A program made the translations under genes and the position numbers. The notes under the pieces were generated by a model, which had not been told where the DNA came from, did no database searches, and saw only the letters and a list, made by a program, of their open reading frames with translations. DNA of 64,000 nt from a virus: positions 6,511 through 70,510 of IMG/VR virus record IMGVR_UViG_3300035698_026847. One strand, written 5' to 3'. Positions 50,061-58,941 of this stretch are shown in pieces (position 1 is the stretch's first letter; the number at the start of each line of letters is the position of its first letter).

Positions 50061-53000
50061 ATGACTGTTGAATTCGTTCATCTACATTGTCATACAGATT
50101 ATTCGCTGTATGACGGATTTATGTCGCCTGAAAATCTTGTTAAGCGAGTATCTGCCTTAGAGCAGTCTGCCGTAGCAATTACAGAGCATGGCAAGGCTGC
50201 TGGGTTTATTAAGTTCCAGGATGCATGTAAGGAAAACAATGTAAAGCCTATTTTTGGTTGTGAGCTTTATATGTCTCACGATCTTGATATAAAGAAAACA
50301 AAGCGTTATCATATACTTATTCTTGCCAAGGATAATGAAGGATTAAAAAATATTTATAGACTTTCTGCGGAGGGACATAAAAATTCAGCATATGGCTTCC
50401 CGAGGGTTAATTTTGATATATTAAAAGATCATAAAGAAGGGCTTATTATTCTTTCTGCCTGTATCGGAGGAGAAATACCACAACTGCTTTTGGCAGATAA
50501 AGAGGACGAGGCAACGAAAGTTGCTCAGCAATATAAGGATGTTTGGGGAGATGACTTTTATCTAGAAATTGATTGGCATGGGCTTCCTGATCAAAAGAGA
50601 GTAATTCCAGGAATTAGGAGAATTGCAAAAGATCTTGATATAAAAACGGTAGTGACTAACGATTGTCATTACATAAGCAAGCGTGATGCAAAGTATCAAC
50701 AGTTTAAGAAGTCCATTTTACAAGGAAGACCTATACCGGATAGCGATTTAGATGTTGAAGAATATTATGTAAAATCATATGAAGAGATGGCTGGACTTTT
50801 CCCTGGCAAAAAAGCTTGGTTGAAGGCTATGCATAACACGGTTGAGATTGCAAACAAATGTAACGCTGAAATTGTTTTTGGAGAGGCCAATCTGCCAAAG
50901 TTCATTTTCGAAGAAACCGATGAATATAAAGAATTTAGAGATTCTCAGTTTGGCAAAAACGAAGAACAGATGTATTTGAAGTTTAAGGCGTTGGAAGGTC
51001 TCAAGTGGAGAGGGCTGGACCAGGACAATAAGTATAGAGATAGACTGGAAGAGGAACTTGAGACGATTCGTTTTACGGGATTTGATCGTTATTTCCTAAT
51101 TGTTGCTGAATATTGCGAGTGGGCCAGGAATGAGAATCTTCGTCTCGGTGCGGGACGCGGCTCGGGTGTAGGTAGCCTTGTGTTATACTGCCTTGGAGTT
51201 ACTGGAATTGACCCAATTAAATATAAACTTGGAATGGATAGATTTCTTTATTCAGAGGCAGAATATCGGGTTGGAATTGGAGATTTTTTCCAAGATCAAG
51301 AAAATCCTGTTTGGGAATCACAAGGAAAAGGAAGCCGAACAAGAGAGAGGACCGAAGAGGAGAAGATGAGTGGTAAAAAAATTCTGGACGCTTGTAAGAA
51401 AAGAATAGAAAAATTAGGACTGTCAGAAAAAGAGACAAAAAGAATAAAAGATGAACTTAAATTCATTTTATTCAAACCTACTCTTGTTGATGATATTGTT
51501 GATATAGTAAAATATAAAAAAGAATCTGGTAAGATTGGAGACGTAAACAAAGTAAACTCTTCCCTGTTTAATGTCCTTGGAATAACATCTAAAGAGGCAG
51601 ATGTTTTAAAAGATTTTCATTTTGAATTTATCGTAGATAAACAACAGAGTCGTATCAGTCCTCCTGATATTGATATTGATTTTGAACACAGAGAGAGAAT
51701 CCTTCAGCATTTATGTGAAATATATGGGGAAGATCAGGTTGCTTTAATTGGCACGGTGAATAAATTTAAACCAAAAGCTGCTATTCAGTTCGCTGCAAAA
51801 GCTACAAACATTGTAAACACTCAATATACAGATGAAAAAAGGTTTAGTTCAGAAAACGATCAAGAAGCAAAGCGTATTTCTAAAATAATGTTAAACCTCC
51901 CAATAACGCTCTCTCAGTGGACTGGAGAAGATCCAGATTTTTCCCCAACAAACAAACGAGTACGAGAGGCGATGGATGCCATTAAGGTTGAGAAGAGGAA
52001 ATATCCACTTGCCTTCGATGTGGCTTCTCGACTTGAAGGAAAAATCAAAGCTTACGGCACTCATGCCGCAGGAGTTGTAATATCTTCAAGACCAATTACG
52101 GAAGATATACCGCCTCATGTTGCCAAGGTACAGAGGGATAATTTGATTGATTCTGGCTTAAGTTGGGATGACCATGATTTGATCAAAAAACAAAAAACAC
52201 ATGATTTAATGACGACGCAGTTCGATATGGATGAAGTTGAAAGACTTGGTCTACTTAAGTTTGATTTCCTGCAATTAAACACTTTAAGGCAGATATCTTT
52301 AACATTGGATCTCATTAAGGCTGTAGGTAAAGAGGTAGATTTTGATATCGATGGTCTTGAGACTGATGATAAAGAAGTTTTCAAAACAATTAATGATATG
52401 AAACTTGAGGGTTTGTTTCAGATCTCGGGAGATGCTTTTAGAGGAAAAGATTGGCATAAAAACGATAAAGAAACCGGAGAGAAGGCTTATAAAAAAAACA
52501 AGAAAGGAGAATATATATTAGACGAAAACGGGAAAAAGGTTGCTGATATTTGGCATCAGAAAGGCGTGATGGAGATTATTGGTTGCTCTAATTTCGATGA
52601 TATTGTTGCTCCAAACGCCCTTGGTCGTCCAGGCCCACTTGCCTGCAACATGCCTAAGGCATATGCTGAGGGGAAAAAGAATCCTGATAGGATTGAATAT
52701 CCACATGAGAAACTGAAAGATATACTTGAGCCAACATACGGAACTTTATGTTTTCAGGAACAGCTTATAAAGATGGCTCAGATTCTTGCCGGGTTTACGT
52801 TCTCTGAGGCAGACGGTCTAAGGAAGGCGTGTGCAAAAAAGAAAATCGAAATGCTTGCCCCTATTGAGCCGAAGTTTAGGGCTGGATGTAAGAAAAATGG
52901 GGTAGATGAAGATATTGTTGATTTAATGTGGGGCATAGCTATAGAATTCGGCGAATATGCTTTTAATCTTTCACATTGTTTATCTGAAAATTCCCTATTG

Positions 53001-53267
53001 TTCGATAAGGAAAAAAACGAATTTATCGAAGTGAAAGATATTTATGGTGGATGTATTTTAGACTCTTATCTTGATGGAAATTTAGTAGAAGATGAAGTTG
53101 ATGAGTTGATATATGCTGGGGTCCAGGATGTTTATGAGGTGGAATTGTCAAGTGGACAAAAAACAGAATGTACATTGGAACATAAATTTTTATGTTCTGA
53201 TGAAAAATATAGAACAGTTAGTGAGATAATAGAAGGTGATTTTGAAATTTTATACGAAGTCTCATAG
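50061..53267 (+). CDS. dnaE: DNA polymerase III alpha, N-terminal part fused to a split N-intein
   Basis: HLHCHTDYS.YDG PHP domain, GRGSG, PDIDID, HAAG, KFDFL, RPGP, FQEQ, FNLSH|C then intein blocks A/B. Confidence 0.95.
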   Translation: MTVEFVHLHCHTDYSLYDGFMSPENLVKRVSALEQSAVAITEHGKAAGFIKFQDACKENNVKPIFGCELYMSHDLDIKKTKRYHILILAKDNEGLKNIYRLSAEGHKNSAYGFPRVNFDILKDHKEGLIILSACIGGEIPQLLLADKEDEATKVAQQYKDVWGDDFYLEIDWHGLPDQKRVIPGIRRIAKDLDIKTVVTNDCHYISKRDAKYQQFKKSILQGRPIPDSDLDVEEYYVKSYEEMAGLFPGKKAWLKAMHNTVEIANKCNAEIVFGEANLPKFIFEETDEYKEFRDSQFGKNEEQMYLKFKALEGLKWRGLDQDNKYRDRLEEELETIRFTGFDRYFLIVAEYCEWARNENLRLGAGRGSGVGSLVLYCLGVTGIDPIKYKLGMDRFLYSEAEYRVGIGDFFQDQENPVWESQGKGSRTRERTEEEKMSGKKILDACKKRIEKLGLSEKETKRIKDELKFILFKPTLVDDIVDIVKYKKESGKIGDVNKVNSSLFNVLGITSKEADVLKDFHFEFIVDKQQSRISPPDIDIDFEHRERILQHLCEIYGEDQVALIGTVNKFKPKAAIQFAAKATNIVNTQYTDEKRFSSENDQEAKRISKIMLNLPITLSQWTGEDPDFSPTNKRVREAMDAIKVEKRKYPLAFDVASRLEGKIKAYGTHAAGVVISSRPITEDIPPHVAKVQRDNLIDSGLSWDDHDLIKKQKTHDLMTTQFDMDEVERLGLLKFDFLQLNTLRQISLTLDLIKAVGKEVDFDIDGLETDDKEVFKTINDMKLEGLFQISGDAFRGKDWHKNDKETGEKAYKKNKKGEYILDENGKKVADIWHQKGVMEIIGCSNFDDIVAPNALGRPGPLACNMPKAYAEGKKNPDRIEYPHEKLKDILEPTYGTLCFQEQLIKMAQILAGFTFSEADGLRKACAKKKIEMLAPIEPKFRAGCKKNGVDEDIVDLMWGIAIEFGEYAFNLSHCLSENSLLFDKEKNEFIEVKDIYGGCILDSYLDGNLVEDEVDELIYAGVQDVYEVELSSGQKTECTLEHKFLCSDEKYRTVSEIIEGDFEILYEVS
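52977..53267 (+). mobile_element. split intein N-fragment (96 aa, acidic)
   Basis: CLSENSLLF...CTLEHKF (TxxH block B) then a stop codon. Confidence 0.9.
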
Positions 53268-53295
53268 AGTATGTTTCGATAAGGAGATTCGTGTA

Positions 53296-54438
53296 ATGAC
53301 CAAGGAAAGGATAGCTCCAAACAGAGTTGAAGTATCTATAGAAAATTATAGAATAATAAGAAAATTATATTTTCAAAGTAATTCTCTTGAGAAAATACAT
53401 AAAAAAACAAAATTTACAGTTAGAGTGCTGCAGAGAGTTAGGAATGAAAATAAATTAATAGAAAAAAGAGAAAGATATTATAGATTTTTATGTTATTTAT
53501 CCTTTTCTACAGAAACTAGATTAGAAAATATATGTAAAAAAACAGGAGTTAGATACACATCTTTAATTAAGTTTAGGAAAAGAAAATGCATAAGGACTAG
53601 GAAAAAATTACATCCAAAAAACAAGAGAATGACCGATAAGTTAGAGAATAAGATAATAAATGATTATAATAACGGATTGGTATCTCGTGAAATAGCTTTG
53701 AAATATGGGTTTAAAACGGGAAAAACTGTTTTGGATGTTCTAGAAGATAAAGATATCAAAAGAAGAGAATCTAAGAAAATAACATTTTATAATGTTGAGT
53801 ATTTTGATAAAATAAATTCAAATGAAAAGGCTTATATTTTAGGATTGCTTTTGACGGATGGTTATGTTTTGAAAAATTATGACGGGATTGCAATTCAGCT
53901 TATAATTGATGATAAGTATATTCTTGAGAAAATTGCTAATGAATTAGGTAAATCCGCAACAGTCATAGATATAGACTGTTCAGTTAGAAGGAAGAAGAGT
54001 AAATATAACATCAAAGACGCGGCTAGGATGTCATGTCACTCTAAGGAAATATCAATGAGTTTAAGGAAGTTCGGAGTCGTTAGAAACAAAACATTAATTT
54101 TAAAATGTCCTATTATATATAAAAAGTATTTATCCCATTTTTTTAGAGGACTGATTGATGGCGATGGATGTATTGGGAAAAATAAAGATGGGTATTTGTG
54201 GGTGAACTTAGTGAGTGCATCAAAAGATTTCGTTGAGGGCGTTATTGAACTACCTTCTGGATTTAAATTTAGTTTAACAGAAAGGAAACCGGAAAATGAA
54301 AAGCATAATTTAATTTATAAAATGAGTGTTCTTGGAGGGCAGATCGAGAGGATTCGTTTTTTGAGATGGATGTATAAAAATAATGATGGATGGTTTTTAA
54401 GGAGAAAATATGAAAAAGTGCAAAGTTTTATCAACTAA
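53296..54438 (+). CDS. free-standing double-motif LAGLIDADG homing endonuclease with N-terminal HTH repeats
   Basis: YILGLLLTDG and FFRGLIDGDG; start refined to ATG 53296 after AAGGAG. Confidence 0.9.
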   Translation: MTKERIAPNRVEVSIENYRIIRKLYFQSNSLEKIHKKTKFTVRVLQRVRNENKLIEKRERYYRFLCYLSFSTETRLENICKKTGVRYTSLIKFRKRKCIRTRKKLHPKNKRMTDKLENKIINDYNNGLVSREIALKYGFKTGKTVLDVLEDKDIKRRESKKITFYNVEYFDKINSNEKAYILGLLLTDGYVLKNYDGIAIQLIIDDKYILEKIANELGKSATVIDIDCSVRRKKSKYNIKDAARMSCHSKEISMSLRKFGVVRNKTLILKCPIIYKKYLSHFFRGLIDGDGCIGKNKDGYLWVNLVSASKDFVEGVIELPSGFKFSLTERKPENEKHNLIYKMSVLGGQIERIRFLRWMYKNNDGWFLRRKYEKVQSFIN

Positions 54439-55084
54439 AAAGATAGGTGAAAAACAGACATTTAACATTTCAATGAAGTCAAACCAACATAATTATGCTG
54501 TTTTTGGAGAAGATAAAAAAAGATTTGTAATCAGTAAAAATTCAACAGCTTATGGATATATAACATATCAAACAGCTTATCTAAAAACATATTATCCAGC
54601 AGAGTTTATGTCTGCTCTTTTGACCAGTGCCGCGTCTCAAAGTGATGATAAACTTGAACTTGTTAAGTCTAGATTGAAAGAAGAATATAAGAAAATGGAG
54701 ATTATTTTACCAGATATTAATTCTAGTAAAAAAACATATTCTCCAACCGAAGACTCGACAAATAGCAAACCTAAAATAAGAGCACCATTCATGTCAATGA
54801 AAGGTGTAGGGACAAAGGTGTCCGACGCAATTGTCGATGCGAGGGAAGAATATGGAGAATTTATATCTATTGAGCATTTTCTTGGGGCATTGAATTCTGG
54901 TGTGAAATCAATGGTGTCAAACTCCTTGGCTGAGCTTTTAATTTTAAAAGGATCATTTGATAGTATTGGAGATAAAGAGAAGATTATGCAAGATATGGTT
55001 AGATATAATTCAATTAGAAAAAGAGTTATGAAAGGAAAGAAGAGCTATAATGATCCGCTGATTGAGCAAGAACCGGTTTGGTGA
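54410..55084 (+). CDS. dnaE: split intein C-fragment (44 aa) fused to the DnaE C-terminal part
   Basis: KIGEKQTFNI...HNYAV...ISKN|STAYGYITYQTAYLKTYYPAEF, PDINSS, HhH motif KGVG. Confidence 0.92.
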   Translation: MKKCKVLSTKKIGEKQTFNISMKSNQHNYAVFGEDKKRFVISKNSTAYGYITYQTAYLKTYYPAEFMSALLTSAASQSDDKLELVKSRLKEEYKKMEIILPDINSSKKTYSPTEDSTNSKPKIRAPFMSMKGVGTKVSDAIVDAREEYGEFISIEHFLGALNSGVKSMVSNSLAELLILKGSFDSIGDKEKIMQDMVRYNSIRKRVMKGKKSYNDPLIEQEPVW

Positions 55085-55142
55085 TCGTATAACTATGTAA
55101 AGCCTTATGAAGGTCTTAAATAAATCGTTAGGAGAATGAATA

Positions 55143-55841
55143 ATGTCACTTAGAACATTTGAACCAAGAACAATGAAGGTTACGAAATGTGCCGAAAGAA
55201 AAGTCAATCTTGATGGAATTTCCAGTAAGTATGACAATATAAGCTGGAGTACCTTTATTTCTCATGAGTTTGATTTTTCTTCAGAAGAAGAATATGAAGA
55301 AAGAATACAAGAAATTTCAGATAAAGCTGTTTTCCAGGTCGAGAAAGATATAAGAAATAATCTTATTATGCTTAAGGTTATGGCTGAAGATATCAATAAT
55401 GATGCGTTATTAGGAACTGGTCCCAATCTTGAGTATAGTGAAGAAGAAGCAGAAGGAATGAGAGTTTTCATAGCGAGAATTCAAAAGCTTGAGAAAAGAA
55501 AACAAGTCAAACAGATCGATAAAGCTGTTACAAATTCTCCTTCGAAAAAAGATACAACAACTGAATTGTTAGATTCTGATGATGGTGAAGACTTTTTGTT
55601 TGGAGAAGAAGAGAGCGGAACGGAAGATGGCGATGTAGAGATCGTTGTAGATGACAGTAGTGCTATTGTAACTACAGATGATGATATCGGTTTATTTGAC
55701 GACGATGATGATGAACCAGAGTCTACGACGGAGCCAGATAAAAAAGAACCAGAACTTGCATTGACGATAGAAGATCCCGAAGATGTTGATCTTGATGATT
55801 TCAATTTTGATGATTTTACAGACGGATTGTTAGATGACTGA
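55143..55841 (+). CDS. hypothetical protein with very acidic C-terminus
   Basis: 232-aa ORF preceded by the ATCGTATAA motif and a GGAG RBS. Confidence 0.65.
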   Translation: MSLRTFEPRTMKVTKCAERKVNLDGISSKYDNISWSTFISHEFDFSSEEEYEERIQEISDKAVFQVEKDIRNNLIMLKVMAEDINNDALLGTGPNLEYSEEEAEGMRVFIARIQKLEKRKQVKQIDKAVTNSPSKKDTTTELLDSDDGEDFLFGEEESGTEDGDVEIVVDDSSAIVTTDDDIGLFDDDDDEPESTTEPDKKEPELALTIEDPEDVDLDDFNFDDFTDGLLDD

Positions 55842-56526
55842 GGCGATCATGGACGAAAACGAAAAAATATCATTTCTAGGTTCTGATGAAATCAACAATC
55901 TTCTACTTGAAGATAAAAACAGACCATTTAGGTCGTTGCTTCTTAAGAAGGTTGAGCAACTTCATGATCGTAATTTCTTAGATGTTGACTCCGTAGAAAA
56001 AGAGTTAGATAAAGTAATCAATAAAAGTCTTATAGAGTCAGAATATGACTACGATTATGATGATCTTGAGTTATATGGTAGACTTATTGGTGATATTGAT
56101 CAATATCGCTCTAGGCTTTCGGATCTATTAAGTAAATCTTATTCAGACATGCATACGGTTGATGAATATTATTCGCTATTGGAGGATGTTTGGATCGGGA
56201 AATATTCTAATCTTTCTTCCACCGACAAAAGAAAAGGTGAAGCTAAAGAAATTTTGGCTTTTTTGTTGGATGAAAAAATTATAAGAAAAAATCTACATGA
56301 ATCTGTAAAGAATAAATTTCATCTGATGAATAGTAAACTTGATTCTTTAAGTAGAAAAATTACTATAAAACAAGAATCTTCAAAACATTATAGGGGTCAA
56401 TATGTTGAATATAAAAGTGACGGAGATTCTAGGTCGATTGAAAAGACTAATATAGAAGAATCTCAGAAAAGGGATTTAGAGAAAACTACATGGGATTCGT
56501 TAGCAGACGACCTATTTAATGGTTGA
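55834..56526 (+). CDS. helical hypothetical protein, possibly a UvsY-like recombination mediator
   Basis: Coiled-coil character and position before ssb/recA; weak inference. Confidence 0.4.
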   Translation: MTEAIMDENEKISFLGSDEINNLLLEDKNRPFRSLLLKKVEQLHDRNFLDVDSVEKELDKVINKSLIESEYDYDYDDLELYGRLIGDIDQYRSRLSDLLSKSYSDMHTVDEYYSLLEDVWIGKYSNLSSTDKRKGEAKEILAFLLDEKIIRKNLHESVKNKFHLMNSKLDSLSRKITIKQESSKHYRGQYVEYKSDGDSRSIEKTNIEESQKRDLEKTTWDSLADDLFNG

Positions 56527-56692
56527 TTTTTCATGTTTTTGAAAAATAATCATTATAGGCAGGATGTTGATCTGGATAAATCGTATAATACTATTGCAGC
56601 CCAAAGTGCTGCCAGAAAATTGTCGGCGGAGACAAAAATCCGCACCAAACTAAACGACGGAATGCAATAGGCATTCCCAAAGGAGCAAGACT

Positions 56693-57589
56693 ATGAGTGA
56701 TAGCGTGTATGACCAAATTGCAGAAGATGAGAAGAAAAGAGAATTAGCACCAAAAGGACGGAAGGGCGGATCAACGGAAATCTTCATGAAGACCTCGGCG
56801 GGGAAGTATCAGGTCCGGTTGATCGGAGAGCCCAAGAAAGTCTATACCCTCTGGGATAATAAAACAAAGAAAAAGCATATTGTACCTGAGGATCTCGTTA
56901 AGAAACTTCGAGATGCGAAACTTGGTGTTCGTGAGCAGATTGCTTCGAATATCTTTGATCGTGCCGACAACAAGGCTAGAAAAGAAAGCGGTAGTGGCGT
57001 TCGTATAAAGATTATGGAAAAAGGTTCTACCGTTTTCAAGCCAATCATTACCCGTTATGTAGAAGTTACTGGTAAGGATGGAGAAAAGGTTCACCCAGGT
57101 GGACCAAAAGCTAGCGATTGGCTTATTAAGGTTACTGTTTCAGATCCTGACGATCTTCGAAGCACAGAGTATAATGTGACGAACCTTCAAGATTCTCCAT
57201 TCTCGAAAGAAGAGATGTCTTTTATCGCCAGAACACCAGATCCAAATCTTATTAAAGATCTGCTTCCTGCGAATGTTTTTAGGAAAGCTGTCGAGTCAGA
57301 ATATGCTGAAAAGTATAAGGATCAAGTCCTTGGAGAAAAAGGGTTGATTGATCTTGATGCGTTCTATAATGCCGAGAAACACAGAGAAGCGTTGTTGGAA
57401 TTATTGGAAGCGGAAGGCGGATCAGCTCCATCTGCTGACGAAGATGTACTTGAAGATCTCGATGTTTCTTCAACGCAAGACGTTAAGGAACTGGATATTA
57501 GCGATTCAGATGTGGTCCAGGAACAGGCAAAATCAGATTCTGAGCCTACTCCAGTATCAGACGAAGATTTAGACAGCATTCTTTACTGA
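56693..57589 (+). CDS. single-stranded DNA-binding protein (gp32-like)
   Basis: FMK...GKYQVRLIG, SNIFDR, TEYNV, long acidic tail ending DEDLDSILY; replication/recombination context. Confidence 0.65.
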   Translation: MSDSVYDQIAEDEKKRELAPKGRKGGSTEIFMKTSAGKYQVRLIGEPKKVYTLWDNKTKKKHIVPEDLVKKLRDAKLGVREQIASNIFDRADNKARKESGSGVRIKIMEKGSTVFKPIITRYVEVTGKDGEKVHPGGPKASDWLIKVTVSDPDDLRSTEYNVTNLQDSPFSKEEMSFIARTPDPNLIKDLLPANVFRKAVESEYAEKYKDQVLGEKGLIDLDAFYNAEKHREALLELLEAEGGSAPSADEDVLEDLDVSSTQDVKELDISDSDVVQEQAKSDSEPTPVSDEDLDSILY

Positions 57590-57605
57590 TTTACGACGAT
57601 TTCTC

Positions 57606-58848
57606 AACTCATCCCACGACTAAAGTCGTGGGATGAGTTTGGGATAAAAGTAACATTTCAGATATATGATTAAAACATACAAATATAAGTTATATAATTC
57701 AAATAAGAATCGTGCTTTGCACGATTCTATAAATACAGCATGCTTGGTGTATAATCATTGTATTTCTCTTCATAAGCGATATTATCGTTTATATAAAAAA
57801 ACATTAAACACTTATCATCTTCAAAAACATTTAACAAAACTAAAGAAATTAGATAAATATAAAAAATGGAAAACATTAAATTCTCAAACAATTCAAGATA
57901 TATCAGAAAGAATAGAGAAATCATATAGACAATTTTTTAGAAATTTAAAGAAACATAGACCGCCAAAATTTAGATCAAGATATCATTATAAATCTATAAC
58001 ATTTAAACAATGTGGATTTAAATTATTAGACGACAATAAAATCAAAATAGGAGGAAGGACATATAGATATTGGAGATCGAGAGGTTTCCGGGGAAAAATA
58101 AAACAATTCCTTGTAAAACGAGATACATTGGGAGATTTTTATATTTTCTTTTCCGTAGAGAAAGAATTAGAACAAAAGGCATTCAAGACGGGTAAAATCG
58201 CAGGATGCGATTTTGGTTTAAAAATTTTTCTAACTACTTCGGATAATGAAAAAATAGAATCTCCATTGCATTTTATGAATAATTTGAATGAATTAAGAAG
58301 AAGAAGTAGAAATCTATCAAAGAAGAAAAAATGTTCCAATAATAGAATAAAGGCAAGATTAAGTATTGCTAGAACCCATCGAAAGATTCAGAATCAAAGA
58401 CATGATTTTCATTTTAAATTAGCAAATAAATTAGTTGAAAAATATGATAAACTTTATTTCGAAGATTTAAATTTAGATGGAATGAAAAGATTGTGGGGTC
58501 GCAAGGTCTCTGACCTTGCTTTTGATCGGTTTTTAAGAATCCTAGAATGGAAGGCGTTAGAAGAGGGAAAAGAAGTAGAATATATAGATAGGTTTTTCCC
58601 AAGCAGCAAACTTTGCAGTAACTGTGGAACGATTAATAAAAATTTGCAGTTGAAAGAGAGGGAATGGACCTGCGTCTGCGGCACAGTCCATGATCGAGAC
58701 TTTAATGCTGCTAAGAATATATTAAGAGCTGGGACATCAGCTTATGAAGGAGATAAATCCTCTTACTCTTCTCGTCAGAGAAGAGTAAAGGTTTATTGTT
58801 GATATCAAGAATTCTTCGACTTTAGTCGCAGTCGCAGGAGTATGTCAA
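57606..58848 (+). mobile_element. IS200/IS605-family (IS1341-type, tnpB-only) element
   Basis: Left hairpin AACTCATCCCACGACT-AA-AGTCGTGGGATGAGTT; right end CGACTTTAGTCG...GGAGTATGTCAA; exact left boundary uncertain. Confidence 0.8.
57666..58802 (+). CDS. tnpB: TnpB RNA-guided endonuclease
   Basis: KTYKYKLY, RuvC-I GCDFG, RuvC-II FEDL, Zn ribbon CSNC...CVC, RuvC-III HDRDFNAAKNI. Confidence 0.95.
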   Translation: MIKTYKYKLYNSNKNRALHDSINTACLVYNHCISLHKRYYRLYKKTLNTYHLQKHLTKLKKLDKYKKWKTLNSQTIQDISERIEKSYRQFFRNLKKHRPPKFRSRYHYKSITFKQCGFKLLDDNKIKIGGRTYRYWRSRGFRGKIKQFLVKRDTLGDFYIFFSVEKELEQKAFKTGKIAGCDFGLKIFLTTSDNEKIESPLHFMNNLNELRRRSRNLSKKKKCSNNRIKARLSIARTHRKIQNQRHDFHFKLANKLVEKYDKLYFEDLNLDGMKRLWGRKVSDLAFDRFLRILEWKALEEGKEVEYIDRFFPSSKLCSNCGTINKNLQLKEREWTCVCGTVHDRDFNAAKNILRAGTSAYEGDKSSYSSRQRRVKVYC

Positions 58849-58941
58849 AACCCTAGCAATGCATACGGATTTATGGTGAATTTTATATCTTATTTGTATG
58901 GTGTTTATGTGCGGTTTTGTTTTATAAAAAGGGGATTTAAA

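Noticed and set aside
53236-54438. dnaE as a frameshifted pseudogene or group I intron-interrupted gene
   Set aside because: Both halves end and start with complete intein blocks, each downstream ORF has its own RBS and ATG, and there is no non-coding space for an intron core
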